Below, piece after piece: positions 28,023 to 36,800 of a stretch of DNA of 64,000 nt. The translations under genes were made by a program, and so were the position numbers. Source of the DNA: Parapedobacter sp. 2B3. Its GTDB lineage: Bacteria; Bacteroidota; Bacteroidia; Sphingobacteriales; Sphingobacteriaceae. The stretch is from the NCBI RefSeq assembly GCF_041925275.1, contig NZ_JBHEUZ010000014.1, forward strand, positions 1-64,000, read 5' to 3'. The notes under the pieces were generated by a model. The model worked only from the letters and a program-made list of their open reading frames with translations, was not told where the DNA came from and did not search any database. Position 1 is the first letter of the stretch. The number at the start of each line of letters is the position of its first letter.

Positions 28023-28180
28023 GGCTGATGAGAGCTCGATGTAAACAATGATTGCCCTGTGTGTCAATATTATTTACATCTCGGTTTCATCTACGTATTT
28101 TTTCCTCAATGGCTGATGAGAGCTTAATGTAAATAATCACGCCACGCTGTGTCGATGCTATTTACCTCTCGGTTTCATCT
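28023..28180 (-). repeat. Two imperfect 70-nt direct repeats (period 88 nt), each containing a 7-8 bp stem hairpin (gatgtaaa...tttacatc), in the trp leader region between attenuator and trpD
   Basis: Units at 28023-28092 and 28111-28180; identical 5' (ggctgatgagagct) and 3' (ctctcggtttcatct) ends, variable centre. Confidence 0.6.
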
Positions 28181-28192
28181 CGTCAGTATCCA

Positions 28193-28224
28193 ATAAAAAA
28201 GGCTTGCCGGTGATGGGCAAGCCG
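28193..28224 (-). terminator. trp attenuator: intrinsic terminator (ggcttgcc / ggcaagcc, 7-nt loop, U6 tail on minus strand)
   Basis: + strand aataaaaaaggcttgccggtgatgggcaagccg; the minus-strand transcript reads CGGCUUGCCCAUCACCGGCAAGCCUUUUUUAUU. Confidence 0.6.
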
Positions 28225-28271
28225 CTATACAGTTCAGTAACTATTACTTACATAGGAGGTTGCCACAGCGT

Positions 28272-28319
28272 TAAATGCTATGCCACCACCAAGTAATATG
28301 TCCACTTGTAACGTTCATT
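28272..28319 (-). CDS. trpL: trp operon leader peptide MNVTSGHITWWWHSI (three tandem Trp codons)
   Basis: Reverse complement of 28272-28319 = ATGAACGTTACAAGTGGACATATTACTTGGTGGTGGCATAGCATTTAA; lies within ORF-track entry 28271..28468 (-), so a longer N-terminus is possible. Confidence 0.55.
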
Positions 28320-28401
28320 TCTGTTGTGCGACAAATATGGGTTTTTGTTTTGAAAGATGCAAGATGTCGCGTCGTATTTTTATGGGGTTTGTTTAACAAA
28401 A

Positions 28402-28437
28402 CCGCCCCGCACGATGAGTGCGGGGCGGCTATTTTGT
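28402..28437 (-). terminator. GC-rich hairpin terminator (ccgccccgcac/gtgcggggcgg) after the DUF2795 gene; T/A-rich on both sides
   Basis: aaaaccgccccgcacgatgagtgcggggcggctattttgt. Confidence 0.5.
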
Positions 28438-28658
28438 CAGTATTCATCTTCGTTGAAGAAGAAATCATCCTTGGTCGGATAGTCCGGCCAGATCTCTTCT
28501 ATATTTTCATAGGGCTCACCGTCATCTTCCAGGGCTTGCAGATTCTCAATCACTTCCACAGGGGCGCCTGAACGGATACCATAGTCGATTAACTCGTCTT
28601 TCGTGGCCGGCCAAGGTGCATCTTCCAAATGTGAGGCTAACTCTAATGTCCAGTACAT
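28437..28658 (-). CDS. DUF2795-family small acidic protein
   Basis: 73 aa 'MYWTLELASHLEDAPWPATKDELIDYGIRSGAPVEVIENLQ' matches the DUF2795 pattern from memory. Confidence 0.55.
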   Translation of the reverse strand: MYWTLELASHLEDAPWPATKDELIDYGIRSGAPVEVIENLQALEDDGEPYENIEEIWPDYPTKDDFFFNEDEY

Positions 28659-28881
28659 AACCTTTCAATTTAAGCTTTTCAATTTTGCGCAAAAATATAA
28701 TATTTATAGAATGATTTTTAAATTTTTTATCAATAATTTATAACATTGGTGTAAGTTGTTGTTTTGTAGTTTATTAATGTTTTGGCTGGCTGTCATTTTT
28801 ACAGAAAAATGGTATTTGGTAAGGAGCGTAACACCCATTTTCCGGCTCACAGAACGCGTCCTGCTACGTAGGTAGGAAAAG

Positions 28882-29640
28882 TTAGATGTTCTCGAAATCG
28901 GAGCCCTTTTCGCGTAGTGCAGCCAGCCTGGGCGATACGTTCCGGATGTCTTTGTTGGGATAGTCGTCTTCGATGAGTCCATCGCGCATGCGGACGATTC
29001 GGTGGGCATGCTGGGCGATATCCTCTTCGTGGGTTACGAGGATAATGGTGTTACCCTTGTCGTGTATCTCCTCCAGCAGCTCCATGATTTCGATGGAGGT
29101 CTTGGTATCCAGGTTGCCCGTCGGTTCGTCGGCCAATATGATGGAGGGGTTGTTAATCAATGCCCGTGCTACCGCCACCCGTTGGCGTTGGCCACCGGAA
29201 AGCTCATTGGGCTTGTGGTCCACGCGGTTACCCAGCCCCACGCTTTCCAGCGCGCTTTGTGCCATCTCGCTCCGTGTTTTCTTGTTGTAGCCTGCGTATA
29301 TGAGTGGCAAGGCCACATTATCAAGCGAGGTGGAGCGGGGCAATAGGTTGAATGTCTGGAATACGAAACCGATTTCCTTGTTCCGTACATCGGCCAGCTC
29401 GTCGTCGGTCATGTCGCTTACATTGATGCCGTTCAGGATGTATTCACCACGTGTCGGGGTGTCCAAACAGCCCAGGATATTCATCAACGTCGACTTGCCC
29501 GAACCTGACGGGCCCATCAGTGCAACGAACTCCCCTTTATTAATCAGGAGGGTCACGGATTTCAAGGCATGGATGGTTTCCGAACCGATTACATATTTAC
29601 GTCCGATATCCGTGATTTGAATGAGCGGCTGCTGCGACAT
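28882..29640 (-). CDS. ABC transporter ATP-binding protein (MacB/LolD-like ATPase), no cognate permease adjacent
   Basis: Walker A 'GPSGSGKST', signature '[15 protein letters not shown]', Walker B '[11 protein letters not shown]'. Confidence 0.85.
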   Translation of the reverse strand: MSQQPLIQITDIGRKYVIGSETIHALKSVTLLINKGEFVALMGPSGSGKSTLMNILGCLDTPTRGEYILNGINVSDMTDDELADVRNKEIGFVFQTFNLLPRSTSLDNVALPLIYAGYNKKTRSEMAQSALESVGLGNRVDHKPNELSGGQRQRVAVARALINNPSIILADEPTGNLDTKTSIEIMELLEEIHDKGNTIILVTHEEDIAQHAHRIVRMRDGLIEDDYPNKDIRNVSPRLAALREKGSDFENI

Positions 29641-29685
29641 ATGATGTTCTTTTTTTTGTGGTAAGACGTGCTAATATAGGAAAAG

Positions 29686-30477
29686 TTACAGCCCCCCCGT
29701 TCGGTTCCAGTGTTTTTTTATGAGGGCGTGCACCTCATCCCGCAGTTGGTCGGCATGTTCCATACGGAGCTGGGTGGTAGCCATGGGGGTAAGCACATCC
29801 ACCTGTACCGTGCCCGGCCGGCTACCGAACTGCTTCGCGTCGTCCCAAAAGATTTTCCAGGCATTATGAATCACCACGGGTACGATGGGTATCCTTGTTT
29901 CGATGGCTAACTTGAAGGGGCCATTCTTGAAATCGTATAGATGCGGTGGGAACTCTTCGCCGATATGCCCTTCGGGGAAGATGGCCATACTTCGGCCATT
30001 CCGCAGGTTGCCATCGGCCCGCTTGAACGCTTTGAAAGCCGATATGTTGCTCTTCCGGTTCAGGGGGATATCAATGGTTTTAAAAAACATTCCAGTGACG
30101 GGATTATTGAGCAATTCGATTTTCCCCATGAAGGAGAAATCGGAAGGGCAGAGCAAGACCATGGCCGTGATATCCAGGTTGGATGTGTGATTAGCGCAGA
30201 TGATATAGGGCTTTGTCCAATCAATGGGGGTTTCGTAGCGGAATCGGTAAAAGACACCGACAAGTGTTGAGCTTAGAAAACCGATGATCCGTCGGCATCG
30301 GGCTATGCGATGGAAATTCCGTTCAGGATCCCTTGCTAAAAACACTAACAGCGGGTAAAAGAGTATAAAGAAAAATAAAACAGATGCCAAATACAGGCAT
30401 CTGTGTGTTTTTCTCAATAATTGGATCATTATCCAAAGGTATGCAATTGTTGGACAAGTGCCAAGCAAAAGCGGCAA
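29686..30477 (-). CDS. Lysophospholipid (1-acyl-sn-glycerol-3-phosphate) acyltransferase, PlsC family
   Basis: 'ICANHTSNLD' HxxxxD motif; 'FPEG' motif; N-terminal TM; start uncertain (several Met). Confidence 0.7.
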   Translation of the reverse strand: MPLLLGTCPTIAYLWIMIQLLRKTHRCLYLASVLFFFILFYPLLVFLARDPERNFHRIARCRRIIGFLSSTLVGVFYRFRYETPIDWTKPYIICANHTSNLDITAMVLLCPSDFSFMGKIELLNNPVTGMFFKTIDIPLNRKSNISAFKAFKRADGNLRNGRSMAIFPEGHIGEEFPPHLYDFKNGPFKLAIETRIPIVPVVIHNAWKIFWDDAKQFGSRPGTVQVDVLTPMATTQLRMEHADQLRDEVHALIKKHWNRTGGL

Positions 30478-30504
30478 CGATGAAATTGCCTACGCGAAAC
30501 CCGG

Positions 30505-32052
30505 CTATTGCAACACCAAAGGTTTCACATGACGTCCCTGGTCAGTTCCACGGATTCGTTGGAATTCTGTTACTAATTTCTTCAACGTGTCTTGTTGTTG
30601 CTTGGCAACATTCCGTTGCTGTCCCGGATCACTTTTGATATCAAACAGCTGGTATTCAGTATTGTTACCGAGTTCAATGTTTACCTGTTTGTTGATGGCG
30701 GGGCCATCATAAGGGGGAATCATTACCCAGTTACCGTGGCGTAATGCTGTCCGCGCCGATGCTTCGAGGATCAGTGAGGTTCTGCCCGCATTGCTTCTGC
30801 CTAACAACACATCCATATAGTCCTCGCTGTCACCGGTGCTTACGGTTGATCCCGTCAATTTGCCGAATGAAGCCAACAGATCAACCTGGCAAACCAACGC
30901 ATCGGAAACTTTCGGGCTGACGGTACCTTTCCAATAAACGATAAACGGAATACGGACACCTCCTTCATACAGACTGTATTTGCCGCCCCGGAAAGGACCG
31001 CTTGGTGTATGGTTCCCGAGTTTCTCCACCGCTTCATCTTGATAGCCATCGTTTACAACCGGTCCGTTATCACTGGTGAAAACGATGAGTGTATGTTCCA
31101 GCAGGTTTTCGTCGTCCAACAATTCCAGGAGTTGCCCCACGCACCAGTCTGCTTCCGCAATCGCGTCGCCACGGCTTCCCAGTCCGGTGGTGCCGGCAAA
31201 ACGTGGGTGGGGCGTGCGGGGGACATGTGGCTGCTGCATGGCGTAATAGAGAAAGAACGGTTTTTCTTTGTGCTCGGTAATGTATGCCCTCGCTTTCGCT
31301 AAAAATGTGTCAGCCATCTCTTCATCTTTCCAATGGGCGGCCGTTCCGCCTTTCATAAACCCGATGCGGGGAATGCCATTTACGATGCTGTTGTTGTGCC
31401 CATGATGCCATTTCAATTTCAGCAATTCCGGATGGTCAAGTCCGGTCGGCTCCCCTTCAAAATTCGTTTCGTAACTCACAAAAATGGGATCCTTGGGGTC
31501 CAGGCCTACGGTGCTGCCATCCTCGATATATACCGTGGGCACCCGGTCCTGTGTGGCCGCCATAATGAATGAATAATCGAAGCCGACTTCATTGGGTCCG
31601 GGTGTGATCCGTTCATTCCAATTCGCATTCCCGGCTCCCAAACCTAAATGCCATTTGCCTACCACCCCGGTATGATAACCGGCTTCTTTCAGCATTTTCG
31701 GCAGGGTCAGTTGGGCCGTATCAATCAGCAAAGGGGCGGTACCCGGCAGGATGCGTGCGTTTTCATTGCGCCAGGGATATACGCCCGTCAATAGGGCAAA
31801 CCGACTGGGCGTACAGGTGGCCGAAGTGGCATATCCGTTGGTAAACCGCACACCTCCCTCGGCCAGCCTATCGATGTTGGGCGTTTGCAGGGCCGTTGCG
31901 CCGTACGCTCCGATATCTCCGTAACCCAGGTCGTCCATGTTGATGACGATGATGTTCGGATGCGTCGCAGTTGCTTCCTGCTGCGCTCCGCCGTTGACCT
32001 GGCATCCGGTTGCAAATCCAATCAAAAAAAAGCCATATAAGATACGTTTCAT
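30505..32052 (-). CDS. Sulfatase (Cys-type, formylglycine-dependent)
   Basis: Signal/lipobox 'ATGC'; 'NMDDLGYGD'; 'CTPSRFALLTG' C-x-P-x-R motif. Confidence 0.85.
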   Translation of the reverse strand: MKRILYGFFLIGFATGCQVNGGAQQEATATHPNIIVINMDDLGYGDIGAYGATALQTPNIDRLAEGGVRFTNGYATSATCTPSRFALLTGVYPWRNENARILPGTAPLLIDTAQLTLPKMLKEAGYHTGVVGKWHLGLGAGNANWNERITPGPNEVGFDYSFIMAATQDRVPTVYIEDGSTVGLDPKDPIFVSYETNFEGEPTGLDHPELLKLKWHHGHNNSIVNGIPRIGFMKGGTAAHWKDEEMADTFLAKARAYITEHKEKPFFLYYAMQQPHVPRTPHPRFAGTTGLGSRGDAIAEADWCVGQLLELLDDENLLEHTLIVFTSDNGPVVNDGYQDEAVEKLGNHTPSGPFRGGKYSLYEGGVRIPFIVYWKGTVSPKVSDALVCQVDLLASFGKLTGSTVSTGDSEDYMDVLLGRSNAGRTSLILEASARTALRHGNWVMIPPYDGPAINKQVNIELGNNTEYQLFDIKSDPGQQRNVAKQQQDTLKKLVTEFQRIRGTDQGRHVKPLVLQ

Positions 32053-32054
32053 GT

Positions 32055-32096
32055 CGGTTATATTATATTGTTAATCGGTTATATTATATTGTTAAT
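32055..32096. repeat. Perfect 21-bp tandem direct repeat (tcggttatattatattgttaa x2) immediately upstream of the sulfatase start codon
   Basis: Read directly in sequence. Confidence 0.65.
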
Positions 32097-32115
32097 AAGA
32101 ATAATAAAGTGATCA

Positions 32116-33762
32116 TCAATCGATTTCCAATGCGCCCAAACTTGGTATATTGTCAGTCATTTTTCCTTCAATATCTTCTGTACTACGCAATCCCTGCATC
32201 AAGCCGATGGCATCGCTTTGGAGATAGGGGACTTTGACTCCCTTGCCTTTGACCAGTTTCGTGTTACGTGGCAGGTAGTCTGCCGGCAGCAAACCGCCTT
32301 TGGAAGTGAAATCCGGATCGCCGAATAACGGCGACTGATCTTGTATCGGTAAATCTGACGGCCAATTCCCGGATTTCAGATAGAGGTTGTTGCGGAAAAA
32401 GACACGGTTCAAGCCTCCTTCAAGCGGCGTGTCCGGCTTGTTCTGATCGCCCAATACGGTGAGGGAGGGGCCTTCAATGCAAAAAATATTGTTGGCGATC
32501 AACACGCCATCTGACCTGCCGTCTATCGCAAATTTGGTTTCGATGTCTTGACCCACATAAATCGTGTTGTTGTAGAAATAGGTGTTTACGGGGCCTTTTC
32601 GCTCCGTATTATTCCCCTGGTATCCGCTGAGCCAAAACAGTTTACCCTCCTGAAATGCGCCATTTACTCCCTTTACGCGATGGCCATCGTTGACGCTGAT
32701 GTTATAGCGGTAGGCGCAATTGTATGTATTACCCAATATTTCGCAAAATCCACCCGCATTGTGCGCACTGAAGTTATATTGGAGGACAACGTTATCGCAA
32801 TTGTAGTCGATGTGCGCTCCTGCAGAATCTCCGGGACCGTTGGCATACATGAACCGGTTCTTTTCGATAAGCACATTAGAAGCACTCCATGTCCACAAGC
32901 CGCTGCCGCGTCCCCATTTCCGGCTGTCATCCGCGCTGCCGGAGTAGGTGATTTCGTTGGTAGCCACATGGACAAACTTGACGTTCGACATTTGGATACC
33001 TGGCCCTCCTGTGCGGGTGATGTGGTTCGCATACAGCCAAACCCGGCTGATGTTATGTCTTCCCCTTGCACCGGTTAATTTTATGCCGGTATGCTCGATG
33101 TTTTCAATACGGCATGCCTCAATGCGGATGTTTTCTATCTTCGATGTTTCGTTGGTGCTCATCAGCCGGATTCCCCAACCATACGGCTCGCTCCCGTTGG
33201 CTGTCGTCACCTCGCTGGAAGGGCGTTTATAGCCGGGATTTTCGTGGAAAATATCCTGAATTCGGATGTTGGCCAAGACGATGCCTTCCGTGCGGCCGTT
33301 GGCCGTGGCGGTTACTAATATGCCGCAGCGCATTTCCGATCCCGGTTTCTTTTGGATATATCCATTCGCCTGGATGCGTAAGGAGTCGATATGGACATAT
33401 TGGCAATCGCGGACGAGCAGTGCCTGCGCGTGCCCCTTGGCATCAATAAGCGCCGGTTGATTGGTGTCATCCCCGGGCCAGGCCACGGACGTTATCGTAA
33501 TCGGGCGGTTTGGATGTCCTTGAAGGCCCACCAGTGACAATGAACCGGTATGGCGCTGGCCAGCGGCCAGCAATAAGCGATCACCGGGCGATAAAACCAA
33601 TTGGGATGCCCTTTCCAATGATCGGATAGCCTGGGCAGTGGATAATCCACTGTTGGCATCATTTCCTGCTACGGGATGTACGAAGTAATCGGTTGCACGG
33701 GCAAGGAAAGTCGCCGGTACCAAAAACAGCAGCGTCAAAAAAATACGGGTGTGAGTCATCAT
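32116..33762 (-). CDS. Secreted right-handed parallel beta-helix repeat protein (pectate-lyase-like fold; candidate polysaccharide lyase or glycosidase)
   Basis: 548 aa; signal peptide; repeated short N/G-rich PbH1-like segments ('NNIFCIEG', 'NVVLQYNFSAHNAGG', 'NVLIEKNRFMYANG'). Confidence 0.55.
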   Translation of the reverse strand: MMTHTRIFLTLLFLVPATFLARATDYFVHPVAGNDANSGLSTAQAIRSLERASQLVLSPGDRLLLAAGQRHTGSLSLVGLQGHPNRPITITSVAWPGDDTNQPALIDAKGHAQALLVRDCQYVHIDSLRIQANGYIQKKPGSEMRCGILVTATANGRTEGIVLANIRIQDIFHENPGYKRPSSEVTTANGSEPYGWGIRLMSTNETSKIENIRIEACRIENIEHTGIKLTGARGRHNISRVWLYANHITRTGGPGIQMSNVKFVHVATNEITYSGSADDSRKWGRGSGLWTWSASNVLIEKNRFMYANGPGDSAGAHIDYNCDNVVLQYNFSAHNAGGFCEILGNTYNCAYRYNISVNDGHRVKGVNGAFQEGKLFWLSGYQGNNTERKGPVNTYFYNNTIYVGQDIETKFAIDGRSDGVLIANNIFCIEGPSLTVLGDQNKPDTPLEGGLNRVFFRNNLYLKSGNWPSDLPIQDQSPLFGDPDFTSKGGLLPADYLPRNTKLVKGKGVKVPYLQSDAIGLMQGLRSTEDIEGKMTDNIPSLGALEID

Positions 33763-33874
33763 GCGTCAATGTTATGTTGGACGCCCAAAAGTAATGTGTA
33801 CCCATATCCAAGAGGGGGAAGGACAGACCAACATGAGGGGCAGGTGGTTCAAAATCGTTATTCACCACAGGAAA

Positions 33875-36800
33875 TTAAAGGTCAACCGTTGTTTTGTGCT
33901 GTTTAAGGTAGGCCGATGGGGTAAGTCCGAACTGCTGCTGGAAACTCCTGCGGAAATGTTTCAGGTCGTTAAAGCCGGTCTCGTAAGCGGCTTGCGTAAT
34001 ATTGAATTTTCCCGATTTCAGCAATACAGCACTCCGCTTCAAGCGGATCAGTTTGATGAATTCAGAACCGGATAAACCTGTAATGGTTTTTAATTTCCTG
34101 TAAAATGTGGATCGGCTCATATTCGCTATTTCCGCCAACACATCGGTGTTGAAATCCGGTGTAGCCAAGTGTTCCTCGGTATAGGAAACGATCCGCTTAA
34201 TGAAATCTGATTCAAATGTACCGAGATCGGTCTGGTCCTGATCCAGGTTGATGTGGCGGGCGAACTGATCCCGCAACTGTTGCCGGAGTGCTATTAAATT
34301 CTTTACATAAGATTTGAGAACCTGGGGGTTGAATGGTTTTGTCAGGTATACATCCGCGCCTTTGCTGATACCTTCAACGTATGCCTCGTCATCCGGCCGG
34401 GCGGTAAGTAATATGATGGGGATATGGGACGTTCGTTGATCATCCCTTAATTGTTGGCATAGGCTGAACCCGTCCCGCGATGGCATCATGATATCGCTGA
34501 TAACCAGGTCGGGAATGGTACTGAACGCCATTTCCAGACCATGCTGGCCGTCAGTAGCCTGAATGACGTTATAAAACGCACCAATAATGGAAGCCATATA
34601 ATCCCTGATTTCGGAATTGTCTTCCACGATTAAGACCAGGGGAAGGTCTTTTGTCAGCGTGTCGGCTTTTCGGCCGTTTTTTTTGCTATTTGTGTTGCTT
34701 GCAGCAGTGGCATCAACCGGATTATCTGCCGAAAACAAGATGTCCGCCCCTGCAGCGGGCAGGCTTATGTTGAACGTGCTGCCTGCACCCGGCAAGCTAT
34801 CGACGGTTATTCGGCCCCCGTGCATGCCCACCAACTCGCGGACAAACGCCAGTCCAATGCCCGTACCTGCCGTTTTATTGGGATGTCCTTTTTCGGCTTG
34901 ATAAAAGCGCTCGAATATCCTTTGGTGATCTTCCTCCCGGATACCGCTGCCGCTATCCGCCACACCGATCTCGCAAGAGGCATCATCTGTCGTTGCATTT
35001 GCCAGGCTTGCTGACAAGGTGATACGGCCACCGTCAGGCGTAAACTTAAACGCGTTGGAAAGCAGGTTGTACAGTACAATTTCGATTTTTTCCTTATCGA
35101 ATGAAAAGTATAGCTGCGTGGGGCAGTCCACTGAAAAACGGATATTCCTGCGTTCGGCTTCATCGGCAAATGAGTCAGCGACATACTTAGCGATTGACGT
35201 CAGGTCATGCGTGTTGACGTGGAGCGCAAGGCTACTGGCTTCCGCTTTCTGGAAGGCCAGCAATTGGTTCACGAGATGCAGCAGGCGCCTGGTATGGTTC
35301 AGCACGCGGCTTAGCGTGCCCCTCGTCCCGCCATCCAATTGGGATGCCGCTGACAGTTCGGACAGCGGCCCCATCATGAGTGTCAATGGTGTGCGGAATT
35401 CATGCGACACGTTAGTAAATAGCTTTGACCGTACCTGCGCAACTTCATGCTCCCGTTGGTAATTTAAGTTTGCGATTTCAAGTTTGTTGCGCAGTTTGAT
35501 CCTGCTGATACCGATATGGCGGGACAACCAAAGAAACGCAATCAGCAACGCTACATAAATGCTATAAGCCCACCAAGTCTTCCAGGGTGGAGGTAAGATC
35601 CGGATCGCTATGGACGTGCCTTCTTCGTTCCATACCTTGTCGCTGTTTGAAGCCATCACCGTGAACCGGTAATTGCCCGGCGGTAAATTGGTGTAGGTGA
35701 CCTGCCGTTGGTCACCGGCATATACCCAATCTTGGTCAAATCCCGATAACTTATAAGCATACTGATTTTTATCCGGTGCATGGTAGTCCAACGCTGCAAA
35801 CATAAGGGCTACAATGTTTTGTTTATAAGATAACGTAATGGTACGGGTGGCGAAGGGGGCATTGGATAACACTACGCGGCCAGCGATGGTATCGCCCACA
35901 GTGACATCTTCATTGTTCACGGCAAGGCCTGTAATGTATACTTGGGGAACTCGTTTGTTCATTGTAATGCTATCCGGGAAGAAAGACGTAATGCCCTTGA
36001 TGCTGCCGAAGTATAGTTCTCCCCGGCTGGAAATGAAGGAGCTGTTTTCGGAAAAGACATTGCTGATTAGACCATCCCTGGTATCGAAATGCTGGAATTC
36101 GCCTTTTTTTGTATCGTATTTGACGATGCCGTTATTTGTACTCATCCAGATGTTGCCGTGCCTGTCCGGCCGTATGGCATGAACGTAATCATTCGGGAAT
36201 CCATTTTGGGCAAAGTGATTCTCAAAGGTGTATTTGCCGGATTCATCTTCAATTAATTTATTGAAACCGTGTTGCGTGCCGATCCAAATACCCCCGCTTT
36301 GGTCTTCTGTGATGCACAGGACGGTATTGTTAGTCAGGCAGGCAGGCAGGTTGTTTTGCTGGCGGTAAACGATGAATCGGTCGCGGTCGTGGTCATAAAG
36401 GTGTAAGCCGTTGTAGGTGCCCATCCATAATCGTCCCTTCGAGTCAGACAGCATACAGCTTATGCGCTCGTTCTGTAGTGCGCCGTCTTTTCCGGGCTGG
36501 GCAGAATACCGCCTGAAGCGGGGTCTGCCACTATCGGTGAAGCCGATCACTTTGTTGAGCCCCGACTCCTGTGTACCCACCCAGACGGTGCCCCGCCGGT
36601 CGCGGGTTATTGAATTTATTTTCGGTCCGCTCAGGCTTTCCGGATCTCCCCTGTCGGATGTTACCGTGCGTTGGTTTCCCCCATAACGTTTGCCTTTGAT
36701 AATGACGATTCCCCGATTGGTATACATCCATAAGTCCCCGCCATATTCGAAAAAACCCCGCACCGAATTGACACCCGCAGGAGTGGGTATTTTCCTCAAG

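Noticed and set aside
28023-28180. CUGAUGAG motif in each 70-nt repeat suggested a hammerhead ribozyme core
   Set aside because: The required GAAA/C box and stem III are not present on the same strand after the stem II-like hairpin (GAAAC occurs only on the opposite strand), so the hammerhead secondary structure cannot be completed.
28320-28400. Possible Bacteroidota sigma-A promoter (TTG ... TATTTG) upstream of the trp leader ORF
   Set aside because: The -7 element is one base short of TAnnTTTG and spacing to the TTG is 22 nt. Too weak to report as a feature without TSS data.
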